A DNA stretch of 54,096 bases from Vicugna vicugna (GCA_013265495.1 MU057801.1:992001-1046096); one strand, 5' to 3'; positions 37,820 to 50,737 are shown, counted from the stretch's first letter. The notes: generated by a model from the sequence alone, not told the origin. Numbers and translations are program-made.

Positions 37820-38256
37820 TGTGGGAGGGGGATGCCCTCTGCAGCGGAGGCTGTCTGCAGCGTACACCAGCTCCATGTCCAAGCACCAGCACCTGTGTTT
37901 CACTGTCCGAGGGCTTTTTTGTTGCTGTTTGGCTCCCAGAGCCCACCTGCGTATGCAGCAGGTTGGAGGTGCTGGGGAAAGGATGCCCTGCAGGAACAAC
38001 CCTTCCGCTAATGTCCGATGAGCTTCAGTGCGCAAATATCCCAGCTCAGGTGGACTCACTCTAAGGCGGGTGTTCTGCACTGTGTCCCAGAGAGTTCAAT
38101 GGTGGAGCTAAATCCTGGTTGCCCAGTGGTAACTTGGTCCGTGATGCACCTGCTGGTTGCCTCCCCTCCGCTTTATTCAGCCCCACTTCCTACTGGTATT
38201 TCCTGAGTTCACCTCCCAATAAACTGCTTGCATTTGGAGAAACCCAAACTAAGATA
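37820..38256 (+). mobile_element. ERVL solo LTR, LTR16-like
   Basis: Ends cacctcccaataaactgcttgca...aacccaaactaagata. Flanked by direct repeat ctctca (37814-37819 / 38257-38262). Confidence 0.8.
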
Positions 38257-38299
38257 CTCTCACTTTACAGTTAAGAAAAATAAAGCCAGGATGCAGATT

Positions 38300-38640
38300 C
38301 CTTAGAGTGAGTGCCATAACAAAGTGAACCAAAATACGCCGTTTTTTCAACAAAATAGAAATTTATTTCTCTCCAAGTAGCAATGCAGGATGAGAAGGCA
38401 GACTCTGCTCCAGGAAGTCATCTTGCAAACCCAGGCCATGGAGTGGGGCTCCATCATCCTTCCACTAGCATCGTTCCCAGACAGCAGGAAGGAACAGGAA
38501 GGTGCAGGTAGGAGATGACAATTCCTCCCATCACTTCTACTTGCATTTCATTGGTGAGAACCTAGTCACATGGGCCACGTGCAGCTGCAAGGGCTGCTGG
38601 GGAATGTAGTCCAGATGGACAGCCACATGCCCAGTGAGAA
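38300..38640 (-). mobile_element. MaLR LTR, MLT1J/K-like
   Basis: gccataacaaa...atagaaatttatttctct...cattggtgagaacctagtcacatgg...gctgcaagggctgctggggaatgtagtc. Confidence 0.75.
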
Positions 38641-39426
38641 GAAAATAAATCGGTGAGAGCTCCTGACACGGGGGGATGAGGTGACTGCCCACGTGCCTGC
38701 AGCTAGCTAGTGGACAGCTAGAACTGTCAGCCTTCTGCCCACCATTTTTTTCCCTTCTACCCCCGCATTGATTCCAGCCTGACCACGGCAGGTCTCAAAC
38801 GTCATGCCTGAGTCTGACCTCCTGCAGGGTCCACCTCCCCTCGTCACAGAGTCAGCCGAATAAGCCCTGGGAGCCCCTGTCAGGGTCAGTCCACACCCGG
38901 CTGCTAGACGGGGCCTCTGGCCGAAGCGAATGGCGTAGGGTCCCACAGTCCCTACCGCTCATGACCTTCCTTTTAAGCAGAGGCAGCCAGCCTCACTGCT
39001 AGCCCATGCTGCCCCATAGCACACATTTTTAAAATATCATAACAATGGCCCTCTTCCTCAAGGAAACATACTGCCATACACCACAACATACACGTGTAAA
39101 CCCACAGCGGTGTGAAGGGCGCCCCTGGAGTTAGGGGAAGTTGTCAACTTGTCAGTCACAACCACAAGTCCTGGGCAGCAGAGAGAGAGGCAGGAGCCAC
39201 GGGGTGGGCTGACATCTGTGATGATCGGGGACACTTTGCAGTCATCTCGGAAGAACTTGGACTTGTTCCCGTGGCTTGCAGTTATCCACAGGCTGATAAG
39301 TGCTGATGCTCTTTCCTCTCAAACACAGTGTCAGGGACAGAGATGCCCACCGAGCAACAGCGCCCAGCACAGCTCATTGCAACATGACAATAGAGGAAAG
39401 TGAGAGCAGACAGGATTGTCCAAGTG

Positions 39427-39533
39427 GAGGAGGGGGCATAACACGCACGAGGTCCTGGGTTCAACGCCAGTACGTCCACTAAATAAATAAATGCATAGGT
39501 AAATAAGCACACCTAATTACCTGCCCCCCCAAA
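39427..39533 (+). mobile_element. Camelid Vic-1-type SINE with internal deletion
   Basis: gcacgaggtcctgggttcaa...aaataaataaa...acctaattacctgccccccc-aaaa. TSD ggattgtccaagtg (39413-39426) / agactgtctaagtg (39534-39547). Confidence 0.85.
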
Positions 39534-42500
39534 AGACTGTCTAAGTGAATGCTGTTCACAACTAGTACGTGCTAACGTGCTTTTTTTTTTGACAAAAAAG
39601 AGCCACTCCTTTAATACAGAATATTCATTTAAAAAAAAACAAAAAACAAAAAATAAACACCTAGCCCTGTACAGCTGCCCTTTTAAGCAGGGGGCCACCA
39701 CAGGGTTTCTGCCTCTCTGAGAGGTGATGGCCACTCATAACTGTCCCCGAGACTGAGCTGGGATGTGAGGGCAGGAGCCCTGCCCTCTCTGGAGACGGCC
39801 CACCTTCCAGGGGACATTCGTGCATGTTTACGCCTGAATTTTTCAAATTCAGCTTGCAGCTGGAATTGGGTTTAAGCTGGCCATATATGTAAACATTGCC
39901 TTTTTTTTTTTTTTGTAAGGGGAATGGAAGCAAATGACTTGAAAGAACTTGGTAATTGGAAAGATTTGTTTAATGGCTCCTCGCTGTCTTTATCTCTCAA
40001 ATTTTAAAAAACAACCCTTTTTTCCTTGATAGAAAGAGCACTGAGTTTTTAAATTGTTATCCTGCCCCTTAGCCATTCTTTAACTTTTTCCCAAGATAGA
40101 AAATATATTCCGTTTACAATTAGATTAGAAATAGCCAGAGTGTGTGCTGTGTGAGTGACTGAACATCATCTGTTACAGCATCTCCAGTGTTGCCAGTGCA
40201 AGTGCACAGGAGCGCAGGTGCCTCTAATTTGAACTCTCCAAAGCAAGGTGGTGGGCTGGACCTTGTCCCCAACAATTCCCCATTATGCTCAGCAAAACTC
40301 CCTCCAACCACAGACCTTCAGGCTCATTTAGGAAACTGTGCTGAAAATATGTGTCTAATCACCAAGAAGCCAAGCATTTATCAGGATAATCCTTCCAAAC
40401 TCATCAACTTTAATGGTATCCAGACGGCTTTTCTGGAGAGGGCTCATTAGTTAAAAAAAAAAACCAAAAAACAAAACCCCTCAAAATGTCAATGTTCTCT
40501 GGCTTTACTTACATAGTCAAAAACATAATCAGAGTTCCCTGCCTTCCTGTTTAATAGCCATTTTCTGCCTATATACTGCTTTGAAAAATAGTCGAACAAA
40601 CGTGAAGAAGATAAATATCACGCATAAACGACCCACTGCAGAGGGGGCAGGTCGTATGCATACAAGCGAGGGAGAGCAGAGCTGCAGATTAAGAAACTGA
40701 GTATGTCGGTGTTTAAAATTAGAATGGTTCCCCAAAGAATTGATAATGTTCCGTTCAAGAAAAATGTTTGCAAGTCACTCGGCTGACTAGAGAAGTCTGA
40801 ATCAAAGTCAGAAATTAATAAAAAGATGCAGACAGCAACCCCAGTCATAAATAACAGAGCTGATTTGTATGCTTATAAAAGCCTGCCAGGCCTGGCGGTG
40901 TCTGTAGTTCTAAGGGGGGAAATCTAATGAAATGCAAGAAGAAAATTGTAAAAATAGAAATGAATGTACTCGGTAGAAATGCCATTGTGTTCTTGTGACA
41001 CAGTGACTTGTTTTCTGGAAAAGTGATTCTTCCATTGAGCCCAGGCAGGCATTGTATTCATTGTGAAGTTGTATATTTAGACCTATAGTCTGAAGGGCTT
41101 GGCTGTATTTTAAGCTCAGTGCTTCCCCGGTTCTCAGAGCACAAGGACAAAGCTCTATCATATTACTGCTTCCACACTCCTCGGGACTTCGGGGTAGTCT
41201 TCAGTGGCGTCAAGTACTTGGACTGTCAGCAGCGCAGAAAATAGAAAGTAGAGTACTGAATGGGTGAGGTGTATGTCTCAGCTGTGTAGGACCGTGTAGG
41301 CGGAGATGAGGGTCCTAGGCCAACCTCGTGTTACGGCGAAGTCAGTGCAGAGCGATTCTAGGGTAAAGACGGACTTGCAGTAAATGGAGCCCCAAGGCAC
41401 AGGCTGCAAACGTTAGAGCAGTCTGGGTCTCATTCAAGAGCTGTGTTTCCTTTCTAGACTTTATACCAGGAACAGGGCTGGGCTATGGGTGCAGAAAGAT
41501 AAAGGAACGTAATCACGGCCGTGAAATCTTCAGTGCAGAGACAGGGAGAGCAAAGGCAAGTGTCTAAACTCAGATCTGTTTTGAACAAGGCGGCATCGTT
41601 CTACAAGTGTCTATTTTGTCTGTTTTTCAAAATCTGGGCCAGCTTCACGTTTTGGCTGCCGTACCTGGGCTTTGTGGGGGGCTGCCATCAGGGTGGGGGC
41701 CGGGGTGTGGGCCAGGGTGAAGGCCAGGGTGAAGGCAGGGTGGAGGGAGTCTGGTCAGGAGGAGAAATGGAGAGAAGTCAGTCAGGTAAGGACTGTATTC
41801 AGTCGAAACAACTCAGCCCCGCTGCCTGATACCTCAGTGTGTTTCTTACGTATTTATTTTGGGAATAAATACTACCTACAGACCGGAAGAAGCACTACAG
41901 CAAAACCTTGGTCTCCCGCTCGTCCGCCTCCTATGTCCCCCTTCCAGGGGGAACCACCAGGACCCCTTCCTTGCCTCAGAGATGCTTCTATGCCCAAGTC
42001 CAGTCCCTCAGTTTCAATTCCTGATATTAAGGAAAAAGAGTTCCCACCCGGTCCAGTCCCTCCTCAACACCCACGTCTCCCCTCCACTCAGTGCCTGGGC
42101 AGGGGGGGCCTGCTGGGAACTCTACCATCTCCGGGTCTTTAATAGACGACCTGTGGACGCCCTGACGACCCAGGTGGGGTTTGTTTGTTTGTTTGTTTTG
42201 TTTTTTTAAGAGGCAGAATTATTACTTAATGAAATGACTTATTTTACACATTGTCATCTGCTGATGTTTAAAAGATAAGAAGACATTTGTCTGGGCGGAC
42301 GCCTGAGGCTCTCGGAGGACGCGGGGAGACCCTGCCAAAACGTTTCCAAACTGAATAGTCATTGGGCTGCCAGATAATTCAGAAACTATTTGTATGAGCT
42401 GTTTATCAAATTATTAACCGCACAGATGTTGTTTGGCTGAAGAGCAGCTGAATCCCCTCTCTGGCAGCCGCGGAGACAAAGGTCTCCAGGAATAATTGGA

Positions 42501-42749
42501 GATGTGCATGGAATATTAAATTAATTTACTGCTCTTAATTCTTATGCAAATTCTGACCTCCGACGGCGCCTATCAATTACTCTGCGCGCAGTGAAAGAGA
42601 AGGCGACAGTTTCTTTTCTTCTCTTTGCCTTTTTTTTTTTTAAGAACTCGAAAAAGGAAATATTTGCAATAAGCAGGCGGTAGGAGCACCGCGGAACTGG
42701 AATTATTTAATTGAATCTCCAAGTTTTCAGGGTTGTCGGTAGAGGATAA

Positions 42750-45700
42750 AACCCCAGGATGCAGGGGAGAGGGCGGGAGGGGTGCGGAGGGCGCAGGAAT
42801 TTGTGGGTTTGACTGCACACCTGCGGGCGACGGGAAAGACCGCGAAGAGCACAGACGGGTGGTGGCAAATACAACCTTGGCCTGCGGGCGGACGCGGGCC
42901 TTCGCTATCCTGCGAGTTCAGCGTCAGCGCGCGATTATTTGGTACAAGCCCCGCGCGCTTGGCAAACCCGGGTCAGGCTTGGGAGCGCCGCCGCGCTGCT
43001 TTCCCGGACCGCTGCTTATAAGGTCCGCATCTGAGCTCTGGCTTCCTTTCCTTATCTTTTAAGGATTTTAACCCGTCTTTACAACCCCCAACCACCACCA
43101 CCGACAACAACAAAAAAAAACTGATTTATTCTTTGCTTGAAAAGCCAAACCACAACGCTGTGCTCCAATGTCCAACTCCTACTGAAATCCCCGGGTGGGC
43201 CGAAATGCATTTAATTGTCCCCTGCGTGGAGAAGTGACACCCACTCTTCTCGCTGATTTGAGCAAACGCCTGGGCTTTGTCTGCGCTTGTGGCTTCGGCG
43301 CCCCGGTGGTGGGTTGTAAAACTGGGGTCTCTGAGTCTTTCATCATCTTCTTAATAAGGAAAACCAAATCGGGCGCGTAATGTCATCATCCCTGGCTCGA
43401 CCTCACCGGGACCTCGGCAGCCCGATGATGTCGCCAGCGGCCCCCGGCGCAGTCACGACGCGCCGCCTTTCAGCTCCTCGCGGTCCCCACAAAAGCCAGA
43501 CAACAATATCAATTAATCATGCAGCCGGCAAACAAGGAGATTTATCCCGCGACAAACAGCCCCACCGAGAGCCGCTGAATGGGCATGATTAGCATGTGAA
43601 AAGGCGAGCAAAACTCCGCGGTTCAACAGCTAAAGAGCAATTTGATGGGGCTGGGATGGGGAAATTACTTGATTAGCGTCCGTCGGAGGAGAGCACGGTT
43701 ACAGCCCCTCGGCCCGGAATCCGAAGGGGAACAAAACGCGCTGGTAAACGCGAAGACGTGGAGGCAGAGCGCGCGAGGGCGGGGAGCGCGGGGGCCCGCA
43801 CCGGGGGGCGTGGACCCTGGTGGGGCAGGGAGGGTGAGGAAGGGGATGACCGGCCAGTCCCGGCCAACCCCCGAGACCGGAACCCACACGAGCCGTGACA
43901 GCTGGTGCTCACCGCCCTCACCTGGGGCTCCCAGCCGGGACTGGGCGGACGACACAGGCCTCCCCACCCAGTGCTGGAGGTCGGCTTTTCACGCGCTGCC
44001 CCTGCTCGGGTCTGAAATAAGTGAGTGCGGAGGGAAAGGCCCACCCACGCCGTCCTCGGAGGCCCCTGCGGGGTCACAGGGGGCGTAGGCTCCCGCTGCA
44101 GCAGCCTCCGCCAGCTCCAGGGCTCCGGCCCCGGGTCAGAGTCTCGATGACGGCGGTGCGGCCGTTCCACCCGTAGCTCTGCGGTTCCACTCCCGCGGGC
44201 AGAGAAGATTGGAGCCCGTCAAGACCAGTTTCCCGGCTCCTCCGAATTTAACCACCTTGTTCCTGCCTGCTCAAACAGCTATCGCGTCTGGAAGTGATTT
44301 TTTTTTTCACCAGAAAAGGGTTCCCTAGCTTTATTCCCTCGGGGAAGAGGTGGGGAGCAGGGTAGAGTGTGGCATGGAGTGAGGACGCGAGGGCCGTAGG
44401 GCAGGGGCCTGGATGGAGCAGGGCCCGGAGCGCTCCCTGGGCTCGGGTGCGCAGCCCCGGGCCTGCCTTGGATCTGCATACGCAGCGCCCGAGCTGGCGG
44501 CGTGCGAAGCTGAGGGTCGCGGCCTCCTCCCAGGCCTGGAGGGCAGGTCCGAAGGCCTGTGGCCCAACCCGGCCCGCGGTATGGCTTGGGCACGCTGGGG
44601 CCTTTTGGGGGACGCTTTTTTTCTTCTGGGGGAGATGGCTGGGTGAAACGCGAAGGAGCAGCGAGGCTCAGGGTTCGTGGGAAAAGGCCCAGTGGAAGGT
44701 GCGGGTGCACTCAGGGCCCCGGCACCCGGTCTAGGGCGGGCGCCCACGACTTCCCTCAACCCACCCCGCACCGCTCCGGAGCTGAAGTCTGCGCTAACCC
44801 CAGCGTTGGAAACTTACTTTCCACTCTCAAGGCGCCCGTAACCTCCCCTCTGGACGCATGCCCACAACCCCCCCGGCTCCTAGGCTCCTCCCAGCGCCAG
44901 GAAAGGGAAAAGCTTCCCCCCAACCCCACCCCCAAATCCCCGAAGGCCTAGACTATCTCCCTCCCGGTCTCAGGACCCACTGAAAGGGTCCTTCCAGCCC
45001 ACGCCCCGAATCGGGGTGCACAGGTGTCTCCGGGGTGCGGCCTTCAATTTACCTGGGGAAGGGAGAATCTAATTCGGCCTTCGTGAGATCCATTCACGCA
45101 AATGTAATAAAGATGTCAACAGGCAGATTCGCCCTGGCCCCGGCCGTCTTAAATTCACCCTGCCCCTTGGTACAAATGAACCAAGCACCGAGGAGTCAAA
45201 TCTTGTTTTCTATAAAGGGAGGGTGGGGTGGATCACCCCCACCAAGCTAAACAACTGTCACCCAGCGAACAGACTGTTAATTAAAGCGCAGCTTGTGGCC
45301 AACTTCAAAAAGCTTAATTCTTTCTGAAACGTCTCCGGCGGTGAGTGCGCCGCGAACTCGAGCTCGCCCCCTCCTCCCTTTCCCCTTCGGCCTCGCTCTC
45401 TCCCTCTCGACCACGCGCTGGAGCCCCGTGAGGTTCCTTCCTCTTTGGTCCCCAGTCGGACTCCGCGAACCACGGCTCCTGGCTGAGGTCAGAGAGGGAG
45501 CGCCGCGGCCCGCGGGCCCGGAGGCGCTCGGGGAGCAGGGCGCGGGGCCGTGGCGGCTCCAGCTAGGAACCCTAGACCCGCGAGGCTGAGCGCGCAGACC
45601 CGGCCGCGGAGCCCCAGACCCTCGGCCGCCTCCAAGCACATCAGCCCGGTCGGCAGCGAGGCGCAACACACGGAAATCTGCGCGTCGCGCCCCCTCCGTC

Positions 45701-48700
45701 TTTCTCCGCTGGACACTAGCGAGCCGCGCGGCCCCAAGCGCTTTCTCCGGGCGGCTAGGGCTGGGCATCTCGATCCCAAAGCCACGAGGAACCGTCTCTA
45801 AATCGGCGGGAGGAGGGGGCGGTGGCAGGAAGTCGGGTGGCTGAATGCCTTTGCCTGAGGGGTGGCAGAGCCGTTCCCACCAATAGCGACGGCTCCGGGC
45901 TGGCTTTGTAGCTGTTTTTCCAAGTTGTGCCCGGTGCCCGTCATATGGCCCTAAAAAGCAAAGGAGGCCGCCGCAATTTATTCCAATGGGCGGTTTTTAA
46001 GAAACTGGCAATTTGAACCGGCTGGGTGTTATTTAGTGCAATATGAAATCAAATGATCCTATTTCTCAAATAACAGTGTCTGTGAGGAGAAGTGAATCCT
46101 CTGAAAGGGTAATTGTCTGCTGATCGTGTTTCCCATTATACCCGATCTTGGCCTAAATGGCGTTCGGCAGCGGGGCTGAGAGCGAGCGGCGAAATCAATG
46201 CGCGAACTTGCCCTCGGGAGGCCGCGGGAAGGCGGCTGGGCTCGCGTCCTGCCACGTTGGACCAGCCGTGCCCGCGTATGCGCCACGGATTTCCACGTCA
46301 TGTTGCAGGTGTCCGACATCATTAGACGCGAGCGATCTTGCGGGTGAAAGCATAAAACGAGCGGTTCCTCCTTTAGCAACTTTGGGGGTCATTGGAAATT
46401 GGGGACTGCCATCTCCCTCACAGTGTCCTGGCTTCGTCAGGCCAGACAACAGACTGACAATAATCCGGGAAATACAACCTAGCTTGGCTCTCCCCTCCCC
46501 CCATGTCAACACGGAGAACCGCGGGGTCCTTCCGTCCAAGGACACTCTTCTGTCTAGCATCTTCCCAGTCCCGCTTCCAGAACTCAGATTTAATTCCTGG
46601 AGAAGATACTGTGTCTGAAGGTGCCTGATGTTAACACGGCCTGTGGCACCTTTTGGAGGAAAAAGTTGGCCCTGAGCTTTTAAATTGTCCTCTGTAGGCC
46701 CAGCCACTGTTTTGGGTGGCTGTGTCTGAGAGAAGCACGGTCGAGGAGCAAATTTAAGGAGTGATTTTATGAACAGGGAGAAAGCGGCAGTCCGCAACCT
46801 CCACGTCGGGCCGTGGGGCGTGTCGGCGCCCGGGGTCCACAGCCAGCGCGCGCTCTGGCGACTCCTGGGGCTGCCTCTCTGCGGAACTATCCCCGGGGCA
46901 GAGGCGGGCGCAGGCAGCAGCCTGGCCCATAAACCCTTTCTACTTATTACTCAGGCACTGTAAGGAGAGCGGTCCGTCTGCAGAGCTTGCGGGCCTGGAC
47001 CGGGAGGGCTCGGCCGCACCCACCCCACCCGGGAGAAAGGCGCGTCCAGGGCCACACCCGGTCCAAGACCGAGGGAGGGCTTCTGGGCGATTCCTCCACC
47101 TCACCCCACCGTTCAGACTTTTCTCCCAAGGAGGATTTTCTGTGCTCAGAATATCCTGGACTTGTAGGTAAAGCCTACGCTGTGCTTACTAATTGAGGCA
47201 TTTCAGGCTGAACCTACTGTAACCAATTTGTGGCTTGTTTCTATTCCAGCCAGGCAGCCTTTATTTTTTACATTCTCTTGGGGGTGTTTTGAGACAACTT
47301 TTTTTTCCTGTGCCCTCCCCCGTACTGTGACCTCTGTTTACAAGACCATTCGGTGGTTCTGTTTTCCCCCTTTCTTGGAGCTTCTTGCAAGTATCCAGAG
47401 AAGCTGGGCATATCGGAGGAACCACGCTGAGGAAAATTCGATCCCTTTCTGCGGGGAGCAGGGGCGGTGGGGAACGTTCTGCCACCGCACCTGGAGCCCA
47501 AGGCACCGGACACCAGGCGGCCCCTCCTGGGCCTCTCTGGCTGCAGGAAAACGGGTAGACTGGGTTCAGCCCGCGGCGTCTCCTAGGACCCGGCGCCGGG
47601 CGGCAAATCCAGCCAGCATCGGTCGTCCTGCCAGGCCCGGGGCACAGCCTGTTCACCCGGCCCTCCGGAACCCCGGTGGTGGCACTTACTTCTGCTCAGC
47701 GTCTGAATGGGCCAGCATGCCGTTTCCTAGGGGCTTCTGGGGACACCTCGCCTCTCCAGGCCCTCTCCGGGTTGACTGTAAAGCCCTTGGATGCGATCAC
47801 GAAGTGAGAAGCCACGATCCCTATGCCCGCGAGTGGCCTGTCTGGGTCCCCCTCCGAGACCGCCGTCCCCGCCCCACCCCGGCGCCCTGCACCGCAGCAA
47901 AAGCAGCCGCCGCCCCGCTCCGGGTAGAACCGCGCGGTGGCGGCAGGGACAGCGTGAGGACAGCAGGCCTCTTTACCCGCGCAGGCCAATGCTGGGCGTT
48001 CGCCTGCAAACCCGCGCTCCCAATTCTCCCGGAGGAAAGGGTGGCCACGCCCGAGCCCGTCCACCGTCCTTTAAGAAGGGAGTGACAGCAAGGAGTCCCC
48101 CAGCAACCTCAAGCGGGTTTAGATCGCCTTCGCGCGCCGCAGTAAGGGAAGCTGGGAACCCCGGAGATGAGCCTCGAGTTTCTGCTAGCACCCCTTCGCT
48201 CTCCCGGGGATTCAGGTTCCTGCGCCGCTGAGTAGTCCCTCTCTCCTCCCGGAGGCGCCCGGACCCAGGCTGGCGCGGACCCCACCCAGCACTGGACAGG
48301 ACTAGGGGCCGAGGCCGGGGGAGGGAGGGGCTTGTGTTGGCTCAACCCGATTGCCACCTCCCCGCCTGCGGGGAAATCCTCTCCAAGTCCAAGGGAGGGG
48401 GCGGGAGGAGCTCCAGCCGGGCCAGGCCCAGCGTCCCCTCTCCTCAGGGGTCCCGGGGTCCCAGAGACTTCCTAAGGCCCTGTGGCGGGGAGTTAAGGAA
48501 GAGATTTCCCCTTGCCTGTGGCCATCTCCCGGCTCCTCCGCGCCTTTGCGGGAGAAGAGCCGGCCACGCGCCCAGCTCTACCGCTCAGACTCCCCTCCCC
48601 ACTGCAAGCCACCCCTTCCCCCCCAGCCCCCGCCCCGCCGGGTGCCCCTCCCAGACCCACTGACCTTGGGGAGGCGCCGACCCGCCGCTCGCCGAGCCCC

Positions 48701-49180
48701 GCCGGGCGCTGCGCCGAAGAGGTGCGCGGCTCTGCGCGCAGCCGAGACCCGCTCGCTCGGCGGTGTCGGCCCAGACCCCCTCCCTCACGCCTTATAATTT
48801 AATCACACGCGATATTAAATTATCAAGCCGCTCATTAATCATCGTGCGAGTTATTGGGACTCAACACGCCGCCGCGTGTTTTGACAGCCCAGACCCGCTC
48901 CCGGGGTCGGGGAGTGTCTGGGTCTGGGGGACGAGGGGGGAGCGTTGGAGCACTCGAGAAACACTGCCAGCCCCACACGAGCAGACGGGTCTCTGGCCTG
49001 GAAAAAGATTTGGAAAAGCAAGCTGGGCTTCTGAGTTCGGTCGAGGGCTTGCTAAAAACCCAAATGCATCCCTCCCGGGCCCCTTTCCTGAATATTCGGA
49101 TTTTGATCACGACGATTAAGACGGCCGGCGGGCTTATCAATCGACAGCATCTCCATTTGCGGGTTTTGCGGAGGGTGAAT
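42750..49180. promoter_or_regulatory. Large CpG-island cluster without a recognisable coding gene
   Basis: ~6.4 kb of high GC/CpG interleaved with AT-rich motif patches (43500-43680, 45060-45330, 45950-46140, 48790-48870). ORFs here are low-complexity Arg/Pro/Gly/Ala. Confidence 0.85.
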
Positions 49181-50537
49181 CTGACCTGAGTTTGTGCATC
49201 CTCATTACCTACTGCGGACGGTATGAAATTAATGCCTTTGAAATACAGATGAAATCGTATCACTGAAGTCATTTCCAAGGACAACTTTCCCCTCAGCTCA
49301 AAGAGGGCTTTCTTGCCTTTTGCCTATTATTGATGCAAATAAAGGATTTTTTTTTCAGATTAAATTCTGAATTTGAGGCTTTCTTAAAAAAAACTTTCTT
49401 TTTAAAAATTAGTGTTTCACTCTAAGATTTGTTTTTAGAAATTGACTTTATTTTCTAGTCCCCCCTTTCCCTATTTCTATTAGACGGATTTTTTTTAAAG
49501 AGTAAATAAACCAATTAAATGAAAGTTCATATGATTTGATTCCATGCAATGGAAGGAGAAAGGGGTCATAAAAAGTTGTTCTGGTGGCAGAAAGGAGAGT
49601 AATTAGTTCTCAGCCTTCAGGATCTAACACACCAGCAGAGCAGTAAACCAGGGCACACCCTGCCCCCTGTAGAGGGGGCAGTGTAGGTAAAAATCTGTCA
49701 ACCAGCATTTTTTAAAATATCTACTGTGAAATTAGTCTTTGAGAGACGTGTCATTCCCAGATTAAGACTTTCCCCCCATTAGCATAAACCAAGGCAAGTG
49801 TCTAGCAAGGCAAGGCCAATTCCTGCAGAGAGTGGCTGTAGCTTTAGTTAAGTTGGCAAAGTTTTCTAAACAAACCGTAGATCAAACTAAATTATTTCCC
49901 TTTTAAAAATATAGCATAAAAACCAATGTCAAACCCAGGTCGTGTTCAAAATCTTTTGCAGGTAGGTTGCATTTTACCTCTTCAACCAGAAAGTGCGATA
50001 AATTCAGTTAGCAAATAAGTGTGTAAGTCTTGACGCCGTGGCTATGCTTTACCACAGAGCAGTATCGATATTATTAAACGTGTCCAAGGCTATTCTTGAG
50101 ATAGTTGCTCTCCTATTAATCTGTTGTCTGCATTTTTCTATCCTGCTAACGCAAAGAGATGGGTATCAAAACCTCAACACACACACACACACACACTGCT
50201 AGGTGAAATTTATAAATCCTAAAGAAGCTAGTAAGAGGGGGAAAGCCTTAATATGGTGTGATTAAAAAAAAAATAAACCAACAGAGGAAAAAAATGTCTT
50301 TACCCAGGCAGTTCATGCCTAGGTATGTTCTGCAATAATAGACCCTGGCTGTCCAGCCTGAGACAAGGCTCTGCTGAGGGTGGGCCATGGGCAACTCCTG
50401 CTGAAAGTCACATCTGAAGACTTTGTTTTAAAACTGGAGACTTCAGGATAACCTGAAATTATCCAGACAGAGTGGGCTGGTCGACTAGGCAGCTGTCTAC
50501 TTCTGAAGTACAGAATGAGGATCAAGAGTGCTGGTGA

Positions 50538-50720
50538 CAGGTAAACAACAAGAACCTACTGTACGGCACAAGGAACTATATTCAATTTCTTGTAATAACC
50601 TATAATGGGAAAGAATATGAAAGAAATATCTATACGTGTGTATATGTATAACTGAATCCCTTTGTCGTACACCTGAAACTAACATTGTAAATCAAGTACA
50701 CATCAATAAAAAATGTTTTA
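50538..50720 (+). mobile_element. 5'-truncated LINE-1 3' end, copy 1
   Basis: aaacaacaagaacctactgtacggcacaaggaactatattcaa...tacacctgaaactaacattgtaaatcaa...aataaaaaa. Confidence 0.9.
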
Positions 50721-50737
50721 AAAAAGAGTCCATGTGA

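Noticed and set aside
41690..41750. ggccagggtgaa 12-mer repeated about three times
   Set aside because: Short slippage repeat with no spacers; not CRISPR-like and not notable.
47228..48085. 285-aa ORF (and the 200-aa minus ORF at 46195-46797) in the large CpG island
   Set aside because: No recognisable protein family, low-complexity composition, many overlapping ORFs in other frames.
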